A stretch of 11,991 nt of DNA from Candidatus Scalinduaceae bacterium (GTDB lineage Bacteria; Planctomycetota; Brocadiia; Brocadiales; Scalinduaceae): contig JBHICG010000092.1 of assembly GCA_046759445.1 (NCBI GenBank), positions 1-11,991 of the forward strand. The letters are read 5' to 3'. Below the pieces are notes generated by a model. That model was not told the DNA's origin. It saw only the letters and a program-made list of their open reading frames with translations, and searched no databases. The position numbers and the translations under genes were made by a program. How positions within the stretch are numbered: position 1 is the first letter of the stretch; every line of letters starts with the position of its first letter. This document shows positions 1-7,866 of this stretch, piece by piece.

Positions 1-2
1 GA

Positions 3-758
3 GAGCCGCTATATTTCGCCAAAGTTATCAAGGTGGATCAAGTAACCGATCTTGCCCTTTTAAAGATTGAGAATCCACCACCTAATCTTCCTACTCTAAA
101 ACTGGGTAATATAGATGATGTAGAAGTTGCTCAGGATGTCCATGCCATAGGTCACCCGGGAGGAGACATTTGGACTTACACCACGGGAATAATCAGCCAG
201 ATAAGGCCGAACTATGAGTGGGCATATGATAACACGGTCTTACATGAAAGTAAGGTAATCCAGACCCAGACCCCAATCAATCCAGGCAGCTCTGGTAGTC
301 CCCTCTTGAATGATAATGCTGAGATTATAGGAATAAACTCCTTTATAAGAAAAGGTGAGGGTTTAAACTTTGCTGTTTCTGTAGATGTGATAAAGGAATT
401 CTTGAAGAGAGAAAAGGGACGTCTTGCAGGAAGACCTCCAATAGCAAACACATTGAATCCCCAAGTCAGCTATACATACGATACCAATCAGGATGGAAAA
501 AAAGATGGGATTGCAATGGATTTAGACGGTGATGGAATAGTAGATACGTATATAGAGGATTTAAATCAGGATGGGGTAATAGATCCCATAAAGCAGGATG
601 GAGATCAAAATGGTAAGATTGACACATTTATTTATGATACATATAAAGACGGCAAATATGACACATGGGCTTACGATACTGACGAAGATGGTAAAATTGA
701 TCTTTATGGATTAGATTACAATGGAGACGAAGTAATAGACGAGTACATAACGCCGTAA
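3..758 (+). CDS. Trypsin-like (HtrA/DegP-type, S1C) serine protease with C-terminal DxDxDG repeat domain; 5'-partial
   Basis: The frame is open from nt 3 (EPLYFAKVIKVDQVTDLALLK), so the true start lies upstream. DLALLK carries the catalytic Asp. AIGHPGG, TTGIIS and IQTQTPINPGSSGSPL match HtrA-type motifs (catalytic Ser at 291-293). The catalytic His would lie outside the window. No PDZ domain; seven 13-aa DxDxDG repeats follow instead. Confidence 0.9.
   Translation, partial: EPLYFAKVIKVDQVTDLALLKIENPPPNLPTLKLGNIDDVEVAQDVHAIGHPGGDIWTYTTGIISQIRPNYEWAYDNTVLHESKVIQTQTPINPGSSGSPLLNDNAEIIGINSFIRKGEGLNFAVSVDVIKEFLKREKGRLAGRPPIANTLNPQVSYTYDTNQDGKKDGIAMDLDGDGIVDTYIEDLNQDGVIDPIKQDGDQNGKIDTFIYDTYKDGKYDTWAYDTDEDGKIDLYGLDYNGDEVIDEYITP
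471..743 (+). repeat. Seven tandem 13-aa (39-bp) DxD/NxDGxxD repeats, putative Ca2+-binding
   Basis: YTYDTNQDGKKDG / IAMDLDGDGIVDT / YIEDLNQDGVIDP / IKQDGDQNGKIDT / FIYDTYKDGKYDT / WAYDTDEDGKIDL / YGLDYNGDEVIDE. Confidence 0.85.
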
Positions 759-765
759 AAACCAA

Positions 766-3700
766 ATGTTACTATTACAAACTAAAAAATCAATTATTAT
801 CGCCACCAATGCATTCCTAATAATATTCTTACTGAGTTGCCATATACAGGTTCATGCCGAGATTACAGACAAAAGAGAGATGGCTCAAGCTCAATGGGAG
901 CAGGGGAGAGATATATTCTATATTTTGTCTACAACTTACTTTACTATATCATATCAAGAACAAATGTCATCAAGAGTAAAAGATTATCAGAGCGCTTTGG
1001 AAAAGTTTAATAATTCTTTAAGCCTTTACAGGGAATTAGGAGACCTACAATCAGTAGCCGATCTTCTGACATGGATTGCAAAGGTATATTTGGAAACGGG
1101 TAAGTATGTTGATGCTATGAATTATCTAAAAAAGTCTCATGAAATTTATGAAAAACTAAATGTTAGCCCTGGAGAGAAATCGTCTGTTAGGGAGCTAGAA
1201 AAGGCAATGAAGGCTATGTTACTTTTTGTTGTAGGTAAAAGTCATCAAGATGAAGAAGATTATAAATCGGCCTTAAAAAAGTACAAAACTGCTCTCCAAT
1301 TAGTTAAAAAGATTGGTGAGAAACGATATGAAGGAGGTCTTTTGTGGGAGATTGGGATGATTCAATATGAGCTGGAAAACTATTCTGATGCTGAACGTTA
1401 CTATCAAGAGGCGTTAAATATCTTCAAAAAACTTGGCAAGAAGGATTTTGAGGGTCGTATACTTTTTAATATGGCAAGAGTATATTATGTCAAAGACAAG
1501 AATACTAAATCACTTGAATATTTTGATAAAGCATTGAAAATTTTTGAACAGTTTAATGATAAGAATGGAATGAAAGCTGCTCTGGCTTGGAAAGGATATG
1601 TTTATAATAAACAGAATGATTACTCAAATGCCTTGCCTTTTTATAAGAAGGCGCTGGCGATTTCTCAAGATATCGAGGGTCAAAGAAATGATGCTGAAAT
1701 AACCGAAATGCTTGGACTTGCTTACCGTGGTATGGGTTATCTTAATATACCCACAAAATATTATGAGCAGGCTTTAAATATAATACAGAAAACAGGTAAT
1801 CATCCTAAAGAGGGTGATATTCTTTATACAATTGGACAACTGTATAGTGATATGGGGGATTATGAAGAAGCGTTGAAAATCTATAATAAAGCAATGAAGA
1901 TATATAAAGAAAATAATCTCAAGATCTATCATGGAGAAGTACTTGTTGAAATTGGTAAGGTGAAGAGCAAACTGGGGAATTACCTTGAAGCTATAGATAA
2001 CCTCAAGGAGGCCTTGAAGATATTAGAAGGGATTAAGGATAGCGATGCCAGTAAGAGACTAGCTCTCTCCTATCTTGAAAATGTGTATAGGTTATTGGGA
2101 GCTGATGAGAAAGTTAAGAAAAATGATTTAAAAAGAAAAGGCATAGAGCAACCTGACATGAAAACCAAATGGGGTCAGTGGAATTATTTACAAAAACAAG
2201 GATGGAGTTTTGTAAAAGAAAATAAATATGACAAGGCATTAGATGTATTTCATCAGGCGCTTGATCTAAGTAAAGAAATTAATAACAAGGGGTTCAAAAG
2301 AACGAGCCTTACTTCGATAGGATTCACTTACAAATTTTTAAGAGAATATTCAAAAGCTTTGGATTTTTATAAGCAAGCTCTGGAAGTAAGCAGAAAACAT
2401 AATGATAAGGGTGGAGAGCTGATTGTTTTACTTGATATAGCAGAGACATATAATTATCCATTTCTATCAGACTATCCTAATACCTTGGATTATTATGAGC
2501 AAGCACTGATAATAGCAAAAGAAATAGGGGATAAGCCTTCTGAAGAAAAATGTTTGACCTCAATGGGGCTGATATACATGGAACAAGAGAAAGATGAAAA
2601 AGCAGTAGAATATTTAGAAGAAGCATTGAAAGTTAGTAAGGGAATGAGTGTACGAGAGGAAATCTGGAAGGCTCAAAACAATCTTGGCCAGCTTGCATAT
2701 TTTTCTGGAGATTTACAAAAGGCTAAAAGTTACTATAGCGAAGCAATAAATACCATTGAGTCTATAAGGGGAAAGATTTCAGTGGAGGAATATAAAACAA
2801 GTTTTATAGAAGATAAAATACCAATTTACGCAGATATGATTGATGTACTGCTCGGTCTCAAAGAAGACGAGGAGGCCTTCAATTATGTAGAAAGGGCAAA
2901 ATCAAGGTCACTACTTGATCTACTTGGAAATAGGTTAAAACTGAAAAAAGAGAAAGATAAAGAATTAAGTCACGAAGAAATAAAACTACAGAAAAAGATA
3001 AATGAGCTCTTAGATAAGATTCGAAAAGAACATTCTCAACTAAAAGGAGAACAAAGGGCAGAATTGGGTTTATGGAACAAAGAACTTAAAGAGACAAGAA
3101 AGCAATATGCCAGACATCTCTTGAGATTAAAGAAGGATAACTCTGAACTTTATTCTTTAGTAAACGTGGATCCTCTTACCCTTAGAGAGGTTCAAGAGCT
3201 TATAGAGCCCGACACAACTTTATTGGAATATTTCATTCACCCAAATGGAATAATTGTCTGGATAGTAGATAACTCAAAACATAAAAGTGTAATAACATTA
3301 ATACCTAACACTGAATTAAATTCTAAAATAACCACCTTTAGAGAAAAAATAGCTTCTCTCCAGCCTGATTATGAAAAAAAGGCCGAAGAACTTTATGATC
3401 TATTAATAAGGCCAGCAAAACCGTATATAAAGACTAAACGAATCTGTATTGTTTCCCATTCCGTACTCCATTATCTCCCTTTTCAAGCGTTGCTGAATGT
3501 TCCTGTATTTAGTAGGCTTGGTATAACCGTTGAGCTAAAGGATGGAGTACCAACTGTAGCTTTTATCTTTGAAGAAACACCAGCATTTAAAGCAGATATC
3601 CACGTAGGAGATAAAATTATGGCTATTGACGGAGATCCAACCATCAATATGTCATTAAATTCAGTTGTTAGCAAGCTAAGAGGTGAACCTTTAACAACCA

Positions 3701-4611
3701 TCTTGTTAGAAGTAGTAAGTGGAAAATCCGAGACGAGCAAGACTATAAAATTAATAAGAGAAAACGTAATGAAATCTAGTATTTATTCACAATTTTATGG
3801 CAGTAATGCAAATGATAAAAATAACGAAGTAGTAAGTAAAACCAGCTTTTTAATCGAGGAGTATGATATATTTTATGCACCAAGTGCCAGTGTTCTCAAG
3901 TTTGTCCTGAAAAAAAGGAAAGAGGTTTTAGACAAGGTTCTGGCATTTGGAAATCCAGAGTTAGGGGATGAAGACCTCAGCTTGCTTCATGCTGAAGAAG
4001 AAGTAAGAAAGATCAAGGAAAGTTATCCTAAGACTGCACTCTACTTAAAAGAAAAGGCCACAGAGGAGAAAGCAAAACTACTCTCTGGTTACTATGACAT
4101 CATCCACTTTGCCAGCCACGGTGAGCTTAATCCAGAATCTCCCCTCTTTTCATGTATCAAGTTGGCTAAAGAGAAAGATGAAGATGGCAGACTTGAAGTG
4201 CATGAAATCTTTAACCTTAACCTTGAAAATACATCTTTAGTAACTCTAAGCGCCTGTGAAACAGGGTTAGGGAAGCTATCAAAAGGAGATGAACTGATTG
4301 GCTTAACCAGGGGATTTATCTATGCTGGAACACCATCTATCGTTGCCAGCCTATGGATGGTTAACGACCAATCCACCTCAGAGTTAATGAATCTCTTCTA
4401 CAAAAACCTCAAGACACACTCCAAAGCTGAATCCTTACGATTAGCCCAGCTTGAGATGATAAATGGTGAAGTAGGCAGGGGAATTGTGCGAGGAGTAGGC
4501 GGAATTACCATCTCAAAAGAAGACAAAGAAAAACCTCAAACATCTATGACTGTAAACGGTTCTCATCCATACTTCTGGGCACCTTTTATCTTATTAGGAG
4601 ATTGGAAGTAA
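766..4611 (+). CDS. TPR-CHAT (caspase-like, clan CD) protease with N-terminal export signal and an internal PDZ domain
   Basis: N-terminal KK plus hydrophobic stretch ending LLSC/VHA-E. Many TPR repeats (A..YYEQAL.I..E.GD). CHAT linker EEAFNYVERAKSRSLLDLL and LHYLPFQALL. Catalytic His in IIHFASHG (4117-4119) and Cys in VTLSACETG (4255-4257). VASLWMVND and terminal HPYFWAPFILLGDW. Starts 7 bp after the serine protease stop. Confidence 0.93.
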   Translation: MLLLQTKKSIIIATNAFLIIFLLSCHIQVHAEITDKREMAQAQWEQGRDIFYILSTTYFTISYQEQMSSRVKDYQSALEKFNNSLSLYRELGDLQSVADLLTWIAKVYLETGKYVDAMNYLKKSHEIYEKLNVSPGEKSSVRELEKAMKAMLLFVVGKSHQDEEDYKSALKKYKTALQLVKKIGEKRYEGGLLWEIGMIQYELENYSDAERYYQEALNIFKKLGKKDFEGRILFNMARVYYVKDKNTKSLEYFDKALKIFEQFNDKNGMKAALAWKGYVYNKQNDYSNALPFYKKALAISQDIEGQRNDAEITEMLGLAYRGMGYLNIPTKYYEQALNIIQKTGNHPKEGDILYTIGQLYSDMGDYEEALKIYNKAMKIYKENNLKIYHGEVLVEIGKVKSKLGNYLEAIDNLKEALKILEGIKDSDASKRLALSYLENVYRLLGADEKVKKNDLKRKGIEQPDMKTKWGQWNYLQKQGWSFVKENKYDKALDVFHQALDLSKEINNKGFKRTSLTSIGFTYKFLREYSKALDFYKQALEVSRKHNDKGGELIVLLDIAETYNYPFLSDYPNTLDYYEQALIIAKEIGDKPSEEKCLTSMGLIYMEQEKDEKAVEYLEEALKVSKGMSVREEIWKAQNNLGQLAYFSGDLQKAKSYYSEAINTIESIRGKISVEEYKTSFIEDKIPIYADMIDVLLGLKEDEEAFNYVERAKSRSLLDLLGNRLKLKKEKDKELSHEEIKLQKKINELLDKIRKEHSQLKGEQRAELGLWNKELKETRKQYARHLLRLKKDNSELYSLVNVDPLTLREVQELIEPDTTLLEYFIHPNGIIVWIVDNSKHKSVITLIPNTELNSKITTFREKIASLQPDYEKKAEELYDLLIRPAKPYIKTKRICIVSHSVLHYLPFQALLNVPVFSRLGITVELKDGVPTVAFIFEETPAFKADIHVGDKIMAIDGDPTINMSLNSVVSKLRGEPLTTILLEVVSGKSETSKTIKLIRENVMKSSIYSQFYGSNANDKNNEVVSKTSFLIEEYDIFYAPSASVLKFVLKKRKEVLDKVLAFGNPELGDEDLSLLHAEEEVRKIKESYPKTALYLKEKATEEKAKLLSGYYDIIHFASHGELNPESPLFSCIKLAKEKDEDGRLEVHEIFNLNLENTSLVTLSACETGLGKLSKGDELIGLTRGFIYAGTPSIVASLWMVNDQSTSELMNLFYKNLKTHSKAESLRLAQLEMINGEVGRGIVRGVGGITISKEDKEKPQTSMTVNGSHPYFWAPFILLGDWK
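3511..3762 (+). other. CtpA/Prc-like PDZ domain inserted within the CHAT domain
   Basis: SRLGITVELKDGVPTVAFIFEETPAFKADIHVGDKIMAIDG...VVSKLRGEPLTTILLEV...IKLIRE matches the PDZ pattern (xLGI ... PA.KA.I..GD.I.AIDG ... LRG). Confidence 0.85.
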
Positions 4612-4930
4612 TTAAGAGTAACAACTACAGAGGTATAATTGCCCTAATAAACCTACCTTATTATCTCACGCCTTGTTGAATGAACAACCACAGCTTGTAA
4701 ATCACATCTGAAATAACATACTTTTCTCTTTCCTGTAGCCTAATCATAAATTTTTCAAATTTTCCAAAATAAATTGCAAGAATCCCTCTCTATAAGTGTC
4801 TATTAGTACAGATGCAATTACAACTTTAACTTAAAAGGAGGTGATGTTTAGAGATATAATTTTTAGTTTGTGCAGCAAAAATAGTTTAAAACGAATTCTT
4901 ATAATTTAATTTCTGGTAAAAAAAAAGAAA

Positions 4931-5209
4931 ATGAAAATAATTTTATTACTTTCTTTGTTGATAATCACGTTGTCAATGACTGCTTATTCTTTTGCATCTG
5001 ATTACGAATATGAAGTCGAAGGGTATAGCGATGATGGTAGTTATGTCTATGGAGAGATTGAGGCAAACCAAGATGAACAAGAGGTTGAAGGTTATATCTA
5101 CGATGAAGAAGGAAACGTGGTTTATTTCGAAGGTGAATGGACTGGCTACGGAGAAGTTGAGGGTTATGACGAAAATGGAAATTACGTAGTATTAGAAATA
5201 GACGAATAA
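4931..5209 (+). CDS. Small secreted, highly acidic protein with three EVEGY..D..G repeats
   Basis: 22-aa signal peptide ending in SFA. The 70-aa mature part has 24 D/E and no K/R. EVEGY occurs three times. Confidence 0.75.
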   Translation: MKIILLLSLLIITLSMTAYSFASDYEYEVEGYSDDGSYVYGEIEANQDEQEVEGYIYDEEGNVVYFEGEWTGYGEVEGYDENGNYVVLEIDE

Positions 5210-5240
5210 AATTTAATTTCTAAAAAAAGGGAGGTAAAAA

Positions 5241-5519
5241 ATGAAAAAAATATTATCTACATTGTTGATTATAAGTATTTTGATAATCTTTGCAGGAAGT
5301 GCCTTTGCAGGTAGTGTTCGGGTAAAACCATATTTCAGAAAAGATGGAACATATGTCCAGCCACATTATCGAACCAGTCCGGATAAAAACGTATGGAATA
5401 ATTACAGCACTAAAGGAAATTATAATCCCTTTACTGGTAAAAAAGGATATAAAGACCCTTTCAAACTTCCAAGCATAAAGCATGGTTACGGATATAAGAC
5501 AAAACCTTTTAAGTGGTAA
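5241..5519 (+). CDS. Small secreted basic protein (Y.RKDGTYV.PH.R / STKGN.NP.TG type hypothetical)
   Basis: SD GGAGG at 5230-5234. 23-aa signal peptide ending in AFA. VKPYFRKDGTYVQPHYRT and NNYSTKGNYNPFTGKKG resemble a widespread small-protein family of unknown function. Confidence 0.85.
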   Translation: MKKILSTLLIISILIIFAGSAFAGSVRVKPYFRKDGTYVQPHYRTSPDKNVWNNYSTKGNYNPFTGKKGYKDPFKLPSIKHGYGYKTKPFKW

Positions 5520-5525
5520 TGAGCT

Positions 5526-5588
5526 ATAGGGACAGCGAACAGTTATAAAGTTGATACCGAAAGGATAACTGTCGCTGTCCTATTTTTT
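5526..5588 (+). terminator. Long stem-loop followed by a T tract; probable intrinsic terminator or structured RNA
   Basis: ATAGGGACAGCGAACAGTTAT (5526-5546) pairs with ATAACTGTCGCTGTCCTAT (5565-5583) with two single-base bulges, followed by a T run. Confidence 0.65.
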
Positions 5589-5634
5589 ATAGAATGGGCA
5601 AATGACCGTGGGACTTCTCAGAAAAGGAGGAGAT

Positions 5635-6039
5635 ATGAAAATAAAACCAATGAAGTATATTGTACTTGCTATCTTGACTCTTTTATTAGATAGTTGTTCT
5701 ACTTCAAATATAGCAAACCGTGGCGAATATATAAAACAAACAACCATTTCAAAAGGCTTGCCAAGAATTGATCTTCTTGCTCGTTTTGGAAGTCCCATCG
5801 AATCAAAAGTTAACAAAGATGGCAAAAAGGTTGATCTATTTAGGTTCGAGCAAGGAGAAAGCACATCTGGCAAAGTTTTAAAAGGTACTGGAACTGCCCT
5901 ACTTGCTATTTGGTCATTAGGGTTAACAGAAATTATAGCGAATCCCGTAACAAAGAAAACAGATATGGTTGTATTTGAAGTTTTATACGATAAAAATGAA
6001 CAGGTTGAGACCGTTAACTTTATTCAATTGCCGAAGTAG
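5635..6039 (+). CDS. Putative lipoprotein, SmpA/OmlA(BamE)-like
   Basis: Strong SD AAGGAGG at 5624-5630 favours ATG 5635 over 5602. Basic N-terminus, hydrophobic core and lipobox-like LLDSC. ISKGLPRIDLLARFGSP resembles the SmpA/OmlA motif. A hydrophobic LLAIWSLGLTEII segment follows. Confidence 0.7.
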   Translation: MKIKPMKYIVLAILTLLLDSCSTSNIANRGEYIKQTTISKGLPRIDLLARFGSPIESKVNKDGKKVDLFRFEQGESTSGKVLKGTGTALLAIWSLGLTEIIANPVTKKTDMVVFEVLYDKNEQVETVNFIQLPK

Positions 6040-6056
6040 AAAGATAAAATATAATT

Positions 6057-6281
6057 ATGCCTTTAGTGAAATGCGATAAATGTGGTTAGTCAGTTAAAGT
6101 AGAAGATAGCACAAAAAAGTATAGACTTCCTTTGTTCCTTATTTTCTTGGAGCTTACGATACCTGCTTATGAACGTAACCTGTGCAATTCAATTATAGCC
6201 ATCACGATTATGGGAGGTCTTTCGGCGGCTTCTGGTCTTATCTGATTGACCGTAACAAGGTTTCTTTCTAATAGAGAATAA
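6057..6281 (+). pseudogene. Decayed small CxxC (zinc-ribbon-like) membrane protein gene with two in-frame stops
   Basis: The frame reads MPLVKCDKCG*SVKVEDSTKKYRLPLFLIFLELTIPAYERNLCNSIIAITIMGGLSAASGLI*LTVTRFLSNRE*, with stops TAG 6087-6089 and TGA 6243-6245. It fills the intergenic gap, and its final TAA overlaps the next ATG (TAATG). Confidence 0.5.
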
Positions 6282-7327
6282 TGAAGGAAGTAAAGGAGAG
6301 AGGAACGAAAATGGAGAAAATATTGGACAATGCAATACCTTCAACAAGATTTATCTTATTTACTGGAGCAGGGTTTACCAGAAACGTTGGAGGTTATCTT
6401 GCTAGAGATATGTGGGCAGAGATACAACTTGGACTGCCAGATAAATATTGTGGAATACTGAAGGAAATAAAAAGAGAATTTGATTATGAAAAACTCTTCC
6501 AAACTGTAATGAAAGGAGTGGATTACACCAAAGAAGAGAAAGTGGCTTTTAACAAATGCGTATTAGATGTTTATAAAAATATGGATGAAAGAGTTAGAGA
6601 TTCAGTAAGCAACATCCCCAAATTAAACTTTAACATAAATGGTGTTAGAAGCCTTTTAGATCGTTTTGCTGAAGAAGGAAATGGAAAATACACAAGTTTC
6701 TTTTTTACCTTGAATCAGGACATTTACATTGAACGGCAATTTTATAATATACTAATAACTCTATGTGTTAAAACTAATGATGGAATAAGAAGTATGGGAG
6801 GAAAAATGCAATTTCAAGATTATTTCTCAGTAGTAAAGAAAGAAGATGATCTGAAGAAGGAACTGAAGGCACTAAAGTGGGAGCATGAAAGGTTTCATTA
6901 TGTTAAACTTCATGGTTCATTTAATTGGAAGGACTCGGATGGAAATGAAACGATGGTAATTGGTACTAGCAAAGAAGAAGATATAGAAAATGAACCAATA
7001 CTTAATTGGTACAAAGATTTATTTGAGAACGTTCTATCCATAAGAGATAGTCGTTTGCTTATTATTGGATATGGTTTTGGAGATACTCATATAAATAGAA
7101 TTATCTTGGACAGTATAAATAAGAAGAATCTAAGACTATATATTATCAGCCCTACCGACCCTGAGGGTTTCAGAAATAGAACTTTGAAAAATATAGGATG
7201 TGTAGAAGACGAAGATAGATTATGGGATGCGACTAAATATTACCCGTATTCTTTTGAGAAATTATTCCCTCTAAACGGAGACTCAAGAGAATACCAAAAA
7301 TTGATTGAACAATTTTTTGAAAGCTAA
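6281..7327 (+). CDS. SIR2-like (SIR2_2 type) NAD-binding/NADase domain protein
   Basis: Motifs LFTGAGFT, FFTLNQD, YVKLHGSFNW and LLIIGYGFGDTHIN are characteristic of prokaryotic SIR2-like proteins. The start may be 6311 (GAGGA upstream). Confidence 0.85.
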   Translation: MKEVKERGTKMEKILDNAIPSTRFILFTGAGFTRNVGGYLARDMWAEIQLGLPDKYCGILKEIKREFDYEKLFQTVMKGVDYTKEEKVAFNKCVLDVYKNMDERVRDSVSNIPKLNFNINGVRSLLDRFAEEGNGKYTSFFFTLNQDIYIERQFYNILITLCVKTNDGIRSMGGKMQFQDYFSVVKKEDDLKKELKALKWEHERFHYVKLHGSFNWKDSDGNETMVIGTSKEEDIENEPILNWYKDLFENVLSIRDSRLLIIGYGFGDTHINRIILDSINKKNLRLYIISPTDPEGFRNRTLKNIGCVEDEDRLWDATKYYPYSFEKLFPLNGDSREYQKLIEQFFES

Positions 7328-7866
7328 ATTTACAAGAACGTCTATTAATCTGATTCCGAATCATGGAACATCATGCTTATTTAATTGACAGATAAAAAGG
7401 AATTTCCTGGCTTGACACCTTCGGGCACAGAAAAAAGGAATTAGTATTTCTCGACTAATCAGATTAAATTACTAAATTGATATCGCCTAACTTCCTTATG
7501 ATTTGCAGTAAATAAGGCTTTTTTTTGGGTTTTAATAATTAGCGCCTATTTTATTAAAACAATTATCTTAGTTCTCCACCTTTTTTCTTATCATAAAATG
7601 TTTCTCAACAAGCCTAACCATGTGCAATCCCAAACCTTCTTCAATCATTGAAGAAGAGGATATTACCATTTATTTCTTTACAATCCTCATAGGAAATAGT
7701 AGATTAGCTTGACGTGTCCATTACACATAAATTGAGTGAATTTTAAAGAAATTTTAAATCGACCATCGGGTGATAGTAAGAGTCTGTTAAGTGAGTAAGA
7801 AAAGATTTTTGAAACAGATAGAAAGTTTTGCAAAGCTTATTTACAAACACAAAGAAAAGAATGTAA

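Noticed and set aside
766..4611. Type III-E CRISPR (Craspase) or gasdermin locus suggested by TPR-CHAT
   Set aside because: No cas genes, CRISPR array or gasdermin-like ORF in the window, and the protein appears exported.
4844..4909. 21-codon ORF (MFRDIIFSLCSKNSLKRILII) after the strong SD AAGGAGGTG
   Set aside because: The ATG is too close to the SD and there is no other support.
7494..7526. Possible terminator after SIR2 (CCTTAT...ATAAGG followed by a T run)
   Set aside because: Weak 6-bp AT-rich stem with a 12-nt loop; plausible but not supportable.
7568..7669. Minus-strand 33-aa ORF containing GLGLHMVRLVEKH, reminiscent of a histidine-kinase G2 box
   Set aside because: Too short and lacks the other HATPase boxes; may be chance.
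7723..7740. THKLSE peptide resembling the THKLxG motif of RelE/YafQ-type toxins, upstream of the 71-aa gene
   Set aside because: A five-residue match surrounded by stops, with no further similarity.
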